DNA from: Seison nebaliae
Taxonomy: Eukaryota
Direction: 5' to 3'
DNA length: 52,868 nt
NCBI GenBank assembly: GCA_023231475.1
Contig: JALJEE010001876.1
Coordinates: 1 to 52,868, forward strand
In this document: piece after piece, positions 11,555 to 24,984 of the stretch
How the letters are laid out: each line of letters begins with the position of its first letter
Position numbering within the stretch: the first letter of the stretch is position 1
Notes under the pieces: model-generated
Databases searched by the model: none
Told to the model about the DNA's origin: nothing
The model's input: the letters and a program-made list of their open reading frames with translations, nothing else
Made by a program: the position numbers and the translations under genes

Positions 11555-14500
11555 TTATTCTTTTTTTATTTGAATATTCGCTAACAATTTACTAAAGGGA
11601 TATTTTACACTATATTCATTGTATAACGGAATACATCGAATACCTGAAAGGAATTAAAGACGAATACCAACAAAAATTGAATGGAAAAAAACTAAAAAGA
11701 AAAACCTGGTCGTATCGCCACCAAGGGAATGATGCATTGTCCCAATAAACTTCCATTTGATTTAATGTTTTGATCTTCTTTGTCTATGACAGCGAATCGG
11801 CAGAAAACCAATTCCGCTTGCTCCACTTTACATCGCCAAGTTTTACTTTCGTTCGTTAACCAAACTGGATTTAATCCATTATATTCTGAATAATTTCATT
11901 GAGTTAAGAAATGTTAATTAATTCTAACCGATCGTTTCCGTACAATAACTTTGTAATTGATTCAGATGATGATACATCGAAACTTCCACACAAGCACTGA
12001 TGAAAGTGGAGGAACTTTTCTTATTTTTTTGTAGAAATCGCGCCGCAATAATTTGGATAATGAACGTTACGGTCGATCCGAAAGCGGAATTCCTTGTCGA
12101 ATATCTTTTATCCCACATAAATTTTGGTTTGAGAACATAACCACATCTAAATCATTTGAATTGATGATTGAATAATTGATGGAATTTAAATAACTTATTA
12201 TTTAAGTTGAATAAACTATGATTGAATTGAACAGGAAGATCAGGTGTTTGGAAATTTAATGCAACCATTTGACAACCAGCTGCCCAATATTTGAGAGGGA
12301 AATAATTGTCAGATCTGATACGTTTCGCATCGGGATAAATTCTCGATAAATGATTCATATTAAAATGAGCGAAATGTTCATTTTTGTTGATATGTTGCAG
12401 CGCCTTATTCTCGTCTAAAGACGTCATACAATATGCTGGATGATCCGAATCTAAATTAATATTAATAGTAAATTCATTAAAGATAAATCGAATAAAACAC
12501 AAAAAGAACCAAATGAAGATATTTTGATGGATTGACAATAATTTATTAATTCTGATAATTCTTTCGCTATAAATTTCTTATCGTCCGTTGGCAAGAGACG
12601 TTTGGTGAATGTTCGATTAAGTGTGATTGTGGTTGTGGGAATGGGAATGGAATTCATAATCTCTTTCAATGTCTGATAAAAGGTCGTAATGTCGTCCTTA
12701 CTCAATAAGGAGACATAGATGCAAGAGGAAGATAAGTGAATTTCAATAATATGTCCAATGATTTCTTGTTTGAGAATGGATGTAATTGCTAATGCAGCCT
12801 TCTCCTTTGAAATTGTACAACTGGTGGCTATAAAATCTATTAACATTTCATCGTGAGTGGAAGCATTGTATTTGAGAGGAGAAACTAAGAAAATAAATTT
12901 GAATAATTTCATTTGTATTAGATATGGAAAAAAAACCGTCAACGATTTCGTTTAATGAAATGTTTTGTGTATTATTTATTTCCGAAATTTTGTCATTCAA
13001 TTTCGATGTTAATTGTTCATTCTGAAAATATTTTGATAAATGAAAATGGATAATGATAATAAATAAAGAAAACTTCGGCATAAATATAATTACTCGTTGA
13101 GGATGATAATGTTGTTTGAGATAAGGAAGAGATTGATGATGAAATAGATGAGGAGACAGTGATATAACTGTTTCGTCGGTTATTGGAGAAAATGCTGTCC
13201 AACTGATGTTGTCCTTCGATCAATGAAGTGAAATGATCGTTACTGAGACTTCGACGTGCCACTTCGTCATTATACGATTCTTTATAACTAAATTGACAAT
13301 TCGATCGATACATATCGAAAAGAAATTGTCGAATTTCTTCATTTCGATTCAAATTAGTTCGAAGACATTTCGAAATGGTTTTCTTAAACGTCTCAATCAA
13401 CAGTTCAATTAGTCGAATAATTGAGAGTTTTATGGTGAAAACTTCAGTGGAGAGGTTTGGATTTGATAAACGAGAATCGATGGTGGAGAAAGCGGAATCA
13501 TTATTCAAATAATTTTCATGAAAAGTCGTATTAATTTCATAATAATAAATCGGATTCTCTATATAATATTCAATGAGATGATTCAGTGTTGGCATTTCAA
13601 TCGTTTCACCGTTATTAGTTATATGAACGAAATTTAATCCTTCTCTTATTAATCGAATATGTTTCACTTGATCACGACACCAAAATGATATGGTATAATT
13701 ATTGAGTGGATATCGCTCATAATACAAAGTATTCGATGCTGAATCCATTAAATGATTCGCCATACCGGAATTGGTTGGAGATGATTTGGAGGATAAACGT
13801 ACGATAAAAGCACCATCAATTTCAATCGAACTCAAAAATAATTCAGTCGTCTCCATCGTCCATTGTGGTTGATACCAATAATTCACTAATAAATCATCAA
13901 AATTCGATGGGAATTGATTGAGAAAAAGTGGAAAATAGATATCTGGTTTCGGTACAATATCTTTCAACGAACCAACCGAATATAATTGTTGATTAATCTG
14001 ATTGACAAAATTCAATGGATGCATTCGATAATGTTGTATGAGAGAATTGAGCGATTGGAATTTCTTGTTCGGATTGATATAGTAGAACATTTCGTTATCC
14101 ATCTCGATTGGTTTGATCAATAATTTTTCGATTTTATTCTCGTAAAATAGAATGATCGCATAATCATTATTAGATGATGGTCGAAGAAGAAATACTCCGT
14201 TATCATGAGTTGAATCCTCATTGAATTGATGAGGTGTTCGATGACGTTCATCTTGACGGTTCTGTATGAAATTCGCTATTCTTCGATATGCTTCCTTCCG
14301 ATCCGTTTTATGATACCAAGGTTCATAATCGATCTTCTCAACAATCTTCTCCATATTCTTCATTTTTGAATCTTTCGTTTCGAAAACTTCTGTCGCATCT
14401 TTGATCAACGGTGTATTATTATCTTGTTCGAGATTATTTATTTTTAATAATCGACTGTTAATTTCGAAAATTTTCATTTCCCACTTTTTCGTCTGCTTAT

Positions 14501-15989
14501 TCCAAAGAAGTAGATTGGCATTGAATAATATCGTATCATAATCATCGTCAACCGTTTCATTCACTTCGAATTTCTTTTTTCCTTTAACAATAATTTTATG
14601 ACGTAAACGATATGGTGACGGTAATTCTTTTAGGCTTGGATCGACATCCTCGATTAACAATTTATCACCAAGAATTTCACGCATCATCTTTCCCATCACT
14701 GCTTGTTCGTTTGGTGAACATCGATTCTCTATCGACAGAATTAACGGATATTCACTTGCTACAAATGCATATTGATTAATTGCATGAAGTACTTCATCTA
14801 AACCGATTTTGGAACATAAAGTATTTCCGTGAGTTACTACTGGCACTTTCGAACCATTACAACGATCCCAAACATCGATCTCGATACAACGACAACCGCT
14901 TCTCAATATCCGAATATATGCGCCAACTGATGATGTTCCACTCAATTGATTTCCATTTAAATAAGAATTGTGAGATGATGAAATCCAATATCGTGATAAC
15001 GGTTCCATCATATTCTGCCTATAACTGATATAATTTATTCCAATTTTATTTACAAAATTCGAATAATCTTTATCGATCGAATTTCCATCATCTGTTGCTG
15101 AATTAATATCGGAGAATAAGAAATTGAAAAACAAATTCACATCAATCTTATCTAACGATCGTTGTGAATGGAAATTGTTGATATTCGATATCGCTTGTTC
15201 ATCGATATCGATCGCTGCTGTATAAATGTGATCAATGAAATATTTTTGAAACATCAAATAATGCGAAGAATTATTCATGTTCCTTAGAGAGAAATTCGTA
15301 TATACATTATAAACTTTTTCGAAGGTGGTGAATAAACCATCAGGTGATTCGATGAAAATATTGAAATTATTCTTCGTATATTTTAATCGATTATAAATTA
15401 GTTCGTTCTGATCTTCGATAATATTCTTACACAATTCCACAAATAGTTTTCGTTCTATAATGAAATTTTGTGCGACATCAATTTCGAATTTGAAATATTT
15501 GATATGATTCCAAATTTTCGTGGTGGGTTTAATTCCCTTTCGATAGAACCAGTTGGTGAGATCTCTTTTCGATTTCTTCAGTCGATTCACATAATAAATA
15601 TTCGAATATTTTAATTCGTTATTATATTCCCGATTACTCCAAATGGTTAATAGATCGTTGGATGAATAATGGACAGAGTTCTCAATTAATTCGATCAATA
15701 ATCTCCTCCAATTATTGAATCGTTCATAATCGTCTTGTAGGACAAAAATGTTACTCAATCGGAATTTCCTTCCATAAAATAATTGAAGTTCATATTTTTT
15801 GGAAGTGGAAGGAATGATACCATCTGGCAATTGTAACTCATCTACATGGATGGCGACGGTATTTCCATTTTTACTTGTTGCTTGTAAGAGTAGATCGAAT
15901 GATGTTAGAAGAATGGCGAAACCTTCATTCACATCTTTCTTTTTAGCAGAGCGAAACTTAATTGGAAGATATGAAGCCGTATCGTTCAT
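11555..15989 (-). CDS. PLCG: Phospholipase C gamma, at least 7 exons (a further upstream exon is possible via the acceptor at 16037)
   Basis: PH-like FYGRKFRL; X box SSHNSYL...GCRCIEIDVWD...THGNTL; two SH2 domains (GVFLLRPS, GAFIVRLS); Y box SRIYP...GCQMVALNFQT; C2 domain. Introns at 13022-13073, 12885-12936, 12451-12509, 12147-12194, 11886-11928 and 11644-11705. Confidence 0.93.
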
Positions 15990-18035
15990 TTCGGAGAGAT
16001 AATGTGCTTGTAGTTTGTCGGTTCGATAAGTTAGATTCTAGAGGCATTAATAATTCATAAATGGTGGTACTTGCAGGAATGTTTGTTTAGGTATATAATG
16101 ATGGAATAATTCTTCGTTCTCTCTCATTCACATGATCGTGATGCAATGATTAAATAGTTTTGAATAGACTCTCAATAAGAGTTGACCTCCAGAGATGTGC
16201 TATGACTGTACATTCCTTTCATATGATACTCTAATAGTGAAATAATTATAAAGAATAATAATATTAGGAAGAATAAGTCAATTATCGAGGGTTCACACGT
16301 ACGTCTCGTACCTAGTGTCCGATATATACCTCTCGACAATATACCACATGAAATTTTCGGAGGATATCGTACTGTGATAAAAGAAGAAGAAGAATAACCA
16401 GTTCTTCATTCATCAACTTTATTCTATGGGGAATTATAAGAAATCAATAATAAAAAGGAATAATAATTTGTCTGAACTGAAAATGAAATGTCTATAATTT
16501 TATAGAAATAGAATTATTCCAAAATAATGATCATTCCGAATGATATATTGTAAGTTCCATAAAAATTTTCTACAAATTCATTCGACTTAATCAAAACTTC
16601 CAATGGAGGGAAGTTCAGCGAAATTCAATCGGCGTTCAATGAAAATCCGTATGATGTTTCAAGGTGAACTTCTCAATTTATTATTTTTTATATCGAACGC
16701 ATAAAAATCTCAAATCGAGTGTGTCAGTTGGGAGAAATGATAAATGTGTATCAGTTTCAATTATTTATGCAGAAATCTCTGACGAAAGAATATTAATCTT
16801 TACCAACTATTTAAGGTCGTCGAGAAGATGAGAAATCGAATGTCATTAATCATCCAATTCCATTGAAATTCCAATTTCGTTCAAAAGCAAAGGAGAAAAT
16901 AATAAATGCAAAATTTTCTTCTTATATCGGTCGACGAACGAAATAGAATAAAATATGTATATTACTACTCTATAATTGCAATTAATCGTTATTTAATTGG
17001 GTAAATGAAATTCTGATAAGAAAAAGGAGTTTATAGAATAATCATCACAGATAATGATCATAAAAATTGCCGTTTTCAATCGAATATTTTATTGTCCAAA
17101 TTTTTATTTATCACATTCAAAAATTTATTGTTATGGTCTATGAGAAGGATAACATGAGAACAATAACGGGAAAAACACCTACTCTTATTCATTGATATGA
17201 ACTTTTAATATATTTTATTGATTACGTCACATAATTGACAAAAGCAAACAATTATTAATTAGGTGAACAAATTTTTGTTTTTATTGTTCTTTCTCGGAAG
17301 AATTCTCAACTACAAATGTCGCCCAAATATTGTGTTTTCATACAAACGTGACACATGTGACAATGTCGCTCTCTCTCGAATTTTTGAAGTTATCTACAAA
17401 TTACTTTAAAATAATAAACAAATTCCACTAATCGTAACACGGAATAATAATAAGATGTGAACCAATGCGAAAAAGAAAATTTGAAAAAATATAGAAATTT
17501 TCAATTACTCAAATAACTTAAGAAGGATGAATACAATTTTATTACATAACACTTTAATTGGTATTGGAAGGAAAGGAGAAAAATGAAAATCTTCCGGGAA
17601 AAACGAAGAGAGATTCATCAAATGTTTCAACGGAACAATTAAGAGGAATGAAAAGAAAATTATTCTTTTACGTCAATATAATATTAGTATTGTTGATCAA
17701 TAGCTTGCTTATGTAAATAAGAATTATTATTGTGAATAAAAGAACAAAATTAACGACGATAATGATAAGAATAGTAAAATTTCCGTCAAACACAAAAATA
17801 AATGGTCTTAATCAAGTTCATGTCTTAATTGTTAATTATTTATCCTCATTATATGTCTAATTAGAAACATTAGCGACGATAGTTCACATCAATCTGATAA
17901 GAATGCTAATTAGTTACCTTATACGGAAATTGCGGTTCGACATTTCGAAAAATTGAAAGACTTATTTTTATTAATTCAATTTCCTCAATAACAACAGTTG
18001 CCTATTGTTATTGTTACGGTCAAGTAAGAAAGAAG

Positions 18036-19109
18036 ATGGCGAATCTAAATAATCACATAGTGGTTGTCACTGGTTCGACCGGTGGCATCGGTAATGGTTC
18101 TAATTAATTTTAATTATCGATTATTTTTAATTAATATTTTTTTTTTATTTTTGCAGCATTGGTTGCATCGTCAATAAAACGAGGAGCAAATGTTGTTGCG
18201 ATTGGTCGAAGTGATAATAAATTAGAAGAACTTCTATCAAAATTTAATACGGAAAAATGTTTTTTCCATTTTAATGTTTCTAGACTATTTAAATGTAAAT
18301 TTTGTAGTAACGACATTAAAAATCGATTTAATGAATGAAAATTATGAGGCAATTTCTGAAAAACTCAAAAATAGGTTAAATGAAATGTTATTGGTGAATG
18401 ATGAATTGAAAGTATCGATATTAATCAATAATGCTGGTGTCAGTTCCAGATCATCAGTTCAATCCACCAATATGGATGTTTATGAGAAATTAATGAAAAT
18501 TAATTTATTCTCTGGTATTTCTCTCACGAAAACGATCATACCATTTTTCAAGGAGAAATCAAATTCATGTTATCTCATCAATATCAGTTCATTACAGGGA
18601 TATCTTCCATTACCTTATCGATCTGGATGTTTCAATTATTACCTTCATTCGATTTTCATAGTTTTATTCAATTAATTAGATTCCATGACAAAATTTGCTA
18701 TGCAATCATTTGGTGATTGTTTACGATCGGAATTATATGGTGATGATAAAACATCACATATTCATGTTGTCACTGTATCACCTAGTTATGTGCAAACCAA
18801 AATATCAGTCAATGCTCTTAAAGGAAATGGTGATACTTTTCAAAGTTTTACTTCCGCTCGTAATTCTTGTCAATATTTATTTTCCATTGTCAAGGAGAAG
18901 AAAACCATATTTATGATACTGGAGATACACCAGAATATATAGCGGAATGTACATTCAATGCAATCAGTGGGAAAGGAAAACCAAAATCAGATGTATTATT
19001 CGGAGGTATTGTCCACCGGTTAGCTGTATGGTTGAAATTCATCTCTCCTTGGTTCTACACTATAATTATGAGTCGTCGTGCTAGAAACCAGAAAACGGTG
19101 TACAGTTAA
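18036..19109 (+). CDS. Short-chain dehydrogenase/reductase, DHRS7/7B-like (5' end uncertain)
   Basis: VVTGSTGGIG, LINNAG, NISS and catalytic YSMTK formed across an intron. Introns at 18097-18156, 18259-18307, 18629-18679 and 18845-18894. Confidence 0.88.
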
Positions 19110-19513
19110 TTTGGAGATTGGTGAATAAAGTGAATGAGAAAAGAAAGGGAAAAAATATTTTATGTTTCAAAAACAATTTTTAAAAAAATATGATGAATTT
19201 GTTTTTTTTTGGTGAAATTGTTTTAAGTGAAAACTGTTTTTCTCCTGATCTCCTGATCATTTTTTCGATGTAATTAGGAAGAGAATAAATTGTTTAAGAA
19301 AAATGAAAAATCTTTTCAAGAAATATTTCAAGAGGTTTTTTTGTTACCCTTTGTAGTTTGTTCTCCGTTTTTTGTTTTGTTTAAAAAGTAAAATATACAT
19401 TTCGAATAAAGAATTTGAGAGAAGGAAAAAATATAAAAGGGAAAAATGATTTTCTTCAAAACATTATAGAATATATGGAAATCATTTGTGAGAATAAAAT
19501 GATATTTTGATTT

Positions 19514-21018
19514 TTACAGATCTGTTTGAAATGCATGACGATGATAAATCAGCGTCCTTTTAGCAAACGATGATGATGTAACATCTTCCTCTTCATTCAT
19601 ATTCATCAAGGAAGACGAGTCGTTTCCATAGGACTTGAGATGAACTCCAGTTTTCGCCATAACTTTTGCCATGCTTTTCGTTACGGTTGGACCTCGAGTC
19701 TCCCTCAATGAATGATTAATTTGTTGTTGACTTCCATTAACGTTCTGTTCTTTCATGTTCGATAATAATTCCAAATTATCATAATTGTTTCGATATTTAT
19801 TTTGCTTAATTTTCAACTTGATCGAATCTAACCATTCGTCACAAACACGTTTCCATCTCTAAAAATAATAAATAAGAATAATAATAACGAAATTCAGAAA
19901 AAAATATAGAAATCAAACTTCGCTTTCTCGTACTTGGATAAGTTTAGTTAGATAATTGGTCGTTCGTAAAGATTCTTTCCTCATTTCGATTTGTTTATCT
20001 AATTTTAAGATATCTTTTCTCATCTTATACGGAAGATGACGATTAATTCGTGTTTCCATATTCTGAATGATATAATAGGAGAATAATAAATAGATTAAAT
20101 AATAAGAGTAATGAATGAACTTCCATGGCAACTATACGTTTAGTAACGATATGCATAGGTAATGTTTCCAAGGGAGAATCATAAACTTTATCGGTGTTCT
20201 TCAACGAATGTAAGAGTTGAGGAAGAACTGATTGAGAAAAATGATATTTTATCACATCAATCTTCCTCCTCTCATTCATTCGTTTATCAACGTCTACACG
20301 ATTAATGTCTGACGGATAAATTTCATTTGTGGTTGATCTGAAAAAAAGAAATTGAAATTCATTATTATGAGATTACAATGAAATAATCCAACGCTTTCAA
20401 CTGCACAATATCATTCGTTAATTGCTTACATTTAACGATACGTTCTTCTAAGCATCGATGTTCGTCTTGTATTCGGTGATGGTTATCTTTCCATAAACCG
20501 TCATCCGAACTATATTCACTCAATCGTTGATATTCCTTCTCAAGAAATGAGAATTCTCCTGAAACACACAAAATGAATTGTTGATGGTAAAATGGAGAAA
20601 ATATTTAACCTTTCAATTCCACCAACATTTTGGATACTCGTGCCAAGTCTAGTGCGAGACATTCGATGTTGACTAAAGGAACTTTTCCTTTGGAAATCTT
20701 CTGAAATCGAGTCAATTTGTTCGTGTTACTTTCGGTCATTCCGAAGTAATCGCCACAAATATCGTTAACAATCTCTTTGAGAAATTGGAGATTCTCATCG
20801 ATGATCGATGAATCAACATAATACATTTGCATTTTCTGTGCAAATATGTCAGCTGTTCGTTGCATAATCATTCGACTGCAATCGATTTGAGATGATGATA
20901 ATTTGGGAGTTAAAGTCGATTTCGACAAATGAGTAGACACTGATAAATCTTTCGGTAATGCCGAATGGAAAATATTATCATAATTGTCATTATTTCGATT
21001 TCCAATATGATTCCTCAA

Positions 21019-21099
<81 letters not shown>

Positions 21100-22814
21100 G
21101 TTATTGTTATTATTGTTGTTGTTGTTGTTATTGGGTGAAATATGATTAAGATTTTTATCGTCATGATTAATTTCATTTTCTGAAATGGATTTCTGTTTCT
21201 TTCGAATATCTTCGTCAGATAATGGTGGTGTAGATGTGGTGGAATAAGCTGATGATGATTGAATATTCTCATTTACCATTCGTTTGATGGATGGTGAGAT
21301 TTGTGAGAGCGAGTCAGAATATGGTGAAGAGACTGGTGATGTTGATGATGAAGTTCCATCACCGATTGACGTCGCTTTCAACATATAGAGTGATGTATTC
21401 AACGGAATTTTCTCATCCATTATCTGCTTGAATTTATGTTTAAATGTTTGAGCAAGACATTGCGCTTTGTAGTCACATGACGACGATTCCGTTTCGTCAT
21501 TGCAACATTTGTCAGTTCGCTGCATTTTCTCACTTTGTTCCTTCGCCTTTTCCTGGTTGAGCATTCGACGAACCAATTTCTCAATTGAACGATCATCATC
21601 TCTGAGAGTGAACGAGACGAGATTGAGCAAATTCCTCAATTGTTTATCGACTATTATCATATCTTTCTTATCTTCCGAATGATTCAATTGCTCGTCGGAA
21701 TGATGAGAATTATCGACACCAGAATCGATAACAGAATTCGAACAAAATTGTTGTCCATTATTCTCTTTATCTGCTGGATTGGAATGATTCTCTTTTCTTG
21801 ATATATCATCATTCCTTAATATCTTCTTACCATTATGATGATGATGAGAATGATGATTCTTCTCATTAACGGATGTTGTAACGGTTATGGTGGCTGTTGA
21901 TACAGATGATGGAATCATATGATTTGAAGAAACGACGATATCAGTTCGTTTCTGAATATTATTATTATTAATATTATTATGATTATTCGATTGACGAATG
22001 GTATTTGATTTATTGATCTTTCTAGAATTAATATCGATATTAATGATGGATGATGATTTGAGATTTTTATTGTCACTTGAATTATTCAAATTCATATTGA
22101 CATTTCCCATCGAACTTCGTTTTGACGATATTTCATCAACATATTTTATTTCATCTTCCTCCATCACTTGCTCCAATTGGAGACTTTTCATTTTGGACCG
22201 ATTGACCAATTTAGAGGGAAGTGTCGAATTCATCTCGCAGAATTTCATAGAATTATTTTCATTATTATTAATATTAGTCTTAGTGTAACCATTTAAATAA
22301 TTACATCTGTCATCTGCACCCGAAATATTAGATGTCGATTGATACGGTGTTAATTCGATGATTTTGAAGACACTTCCATCACAAATATCATTCAAATCAT
22401 CCAACTGATAAAACATATCCTTCTTAGCGTCGTTGATGTAAACACGGACGTGTGGGAGATTCATGTATGACATGGATAATTGATTAGAGAATGCATTAAC
22501 AAACAATGCCTTAATCGTATCGATACATGAGATGGTCGATGGTAATTTTAATCGTTTTGTTTCCTGTCGATAGATGAGGAAACAAGTTGAATTGGATGGG
22601 AATTTTATTCGTTTGTCAGTCACTCTTACATTCTTATTGTTATTATTGTTATTGGTATTATTGCTGCTGTTGTCGTTATTGTTCAAATTTGGAATTTGAT
22701 GATTTTTCGTTCGATTATTTGTCATGGCAACGCGACGTTCGATTGGAAGACTACATCGATAAGATGAATGTCGACCAAAATTATTATCTTGGCTATTAAC
22801 TGCTTGTCCTCGAA

Positions 22815-22847
<33 letters not shown>

Positions 22848-24984
22848 CCGTCATATACATAACATTTTGTTGTTCCTGTTGCCCATAATTCAATTTTTGC
22901 ATCGTATTTGTATTACAATTAACAAGTTTGTTGTTATTCAAATTGAGATGACTATTGGTTGAAGTGTTAAAGAATGATTGCTGATAAAGATAAGAGGCTT
23001 GAGAAGATTGAGGCATTTCAACGTATGTCGTCGGTTTATGATAAGAAGAACAATAAACTGAATGACGATTATTCAAATCATTCATCCCATCCTTCCCATA
23101 AAATTCATTAGATATCCATTGTTGTTGTTGTTGAGGATGATGGTGATAAGTATTTTGTGCCATTGAAGTAAGTATTAAATTATCTCCATGATTTCTATGT
23201 AGGTTATTGTTTACGCTCGTTGTGATGATGGTGGAGGAAACTGGAATAAAATGTAAATTCTTCGAATTATCCAACAACATCTCCTTTTGTTTCTGAATTA
23301 TATTCAGTCGTTTTTGTGCCGATTTACCACCTTCATTGTCACTTTTCGTTTGTCGATTGGCGAAGAGGATTTGTTGCTGCAATTGTTGTTGTTCTTGATA
23401 CGCTTGTTCTATATTCAGTCTCTGTTGTATCTGTTGTTGATTCGAGTCGTTACACGAATATAACTGTTTCAACAACAACTTATTATTGGCAGTTGATTGG
23501 CCATGATTCTTTTGTAACGATATATTACTATAATGTGTATGAACGGACGTTGGAGAACTATGATTATTTGGAACATGTTTAATCGGAGAAGATAAATGAG
23601 AATGAGCTGGTGTTGATTCAGCGAGTACGATATCTGGTTTGATCGTGCTCAAATCTTTCTCATTGTTCGTCATCTGATTGAATGAAAAATGAACATTTTG
23701 GTGACTCGAATATTTCTCCTGATCGCTACAAGCATTCATTGGAACATCGGTTTGATGCATGAACGATGTCGATAATAAGGAATTATCTTCAGGAATCCCC
23801 TTAATCTTTAATTCGTTCGTTTTCGATTGCTTAGTGACATCAACTGATTTACTTTTCTTTTTAGATGTCGTTTCTTTCCTCTCAATATCCGATTGAACAT
23901 GATTTGGAAGAGGCGTCGTAGTTGGTGTATCGAAATCTTTCGTATGTACAAATGTGTTCTTCACTGGATAACTGATCTCCATCTTTCCATTCTTATTCTT
24001 ATGTTTTTTGTTGTGCTTCGACTTCTTCTGATCGCCTGACATTCGCTCATTCAATGAATTAGTTCTGGACGATTTCTTCTCTAAGCCATCGGTGCTGGAT
24101 GGTCGATTCGCACGATTCTTCTTCTTTTTCGACGAACGGTTCTTCCTCTCTTCCGATTGACTCTTGTCTAATTGGTTCTTGTTCGATTTCGGTCGATCGA
24201 AGAACAAGAAAGGCATTCTGCTACACTTACTGCTTCGATTGTGTTCCTCTCCCAATTTTGTTGTTAAGTTAGTTGAAAATTTTATTGTTGTCCGATGGTT
24301 TCCCAACGGTTCTTCACCTAATTGTTCTTTTGATTCATTCAAATAATTCGTCGCTTCGATATTCGTCCTCTGATTACCTTCGTTCTTGTTGATGCGGAGA
24401 ATTGACGATTTAATCAGATCGAAACGATTCAATTTATGAGATTTATTCAAATTCGACTTTTCATCAACAATCGCTACACTTTTATTCCGTCGAATAATAT
24501 TCGGAATATTCTTATGATTTCTATTACAATTATTCTTATTCTCTTTCTCATTAAACAATTTCGGATGATGAATATCTTCTTCTATTTTTCCTCCTCCTCC
24601 TTCTTCCGCTTGTTCAATTTGTGTCGATCGTTGTTGATGAGTTCCTGATATTCGAGTTAAAGATAACGATTTTTTATTGAATAATTTTATGTTGCGATTT
24701 GATAAGCGACATTTGATTTTATTGCTATGATTACGATTGTTATTCTTGATAGTCAATTGTTGAGTATCATCTGATGAGAGTAATGGATGTACACTTTGTA
24801 CCATCAAATCATTATCAACTCCATTATGTTCTTTATCATCCAAATTCTCTTCAATTTCATCACTTCCACTCTTGTTGATGTTTCCGAGGTCGTTATTTGT
24901 GGCTGTGATAGAGGAAAAAAATTCTTTGAAATTTGAACTTCGCCTACTCACTTCAACAGATGATGGGACGGATGTTGATTCAAT
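19514..24984 (-). CDS. AIP3-domain coiled-coil scaffold, SRCIN1/KIAA1217-like (3' five exons)
   Basis: FLIYRQETKRLKLP...IDTIKALFVNAFSNQLSM...KDMFYQLDDLNDICDGSVFKI matches the p140Cap/SKT AIP3 domain, followed by a C-terminal helical region. Introns at 20559-20609, 20338-20392, 20063-20120 and 19859-19918; in-frame acceptor TCAG before 24984. Confidence 0.8.
21019..21131. repeat. (AAT)n/(AAC)n microsatellite encoding poly-Asn
   Basis: Long perfect ATT run followed by mixed GTT/ATT triplets, in frame within the AIP3-domain gene. Confidence 0.95.

Noticed and set aside
20958..21272. Poly-Tyr and poly-Ile ORFs
   Set aside because: Alternate-frame readings of the (AAT)n poly-Asn tract.
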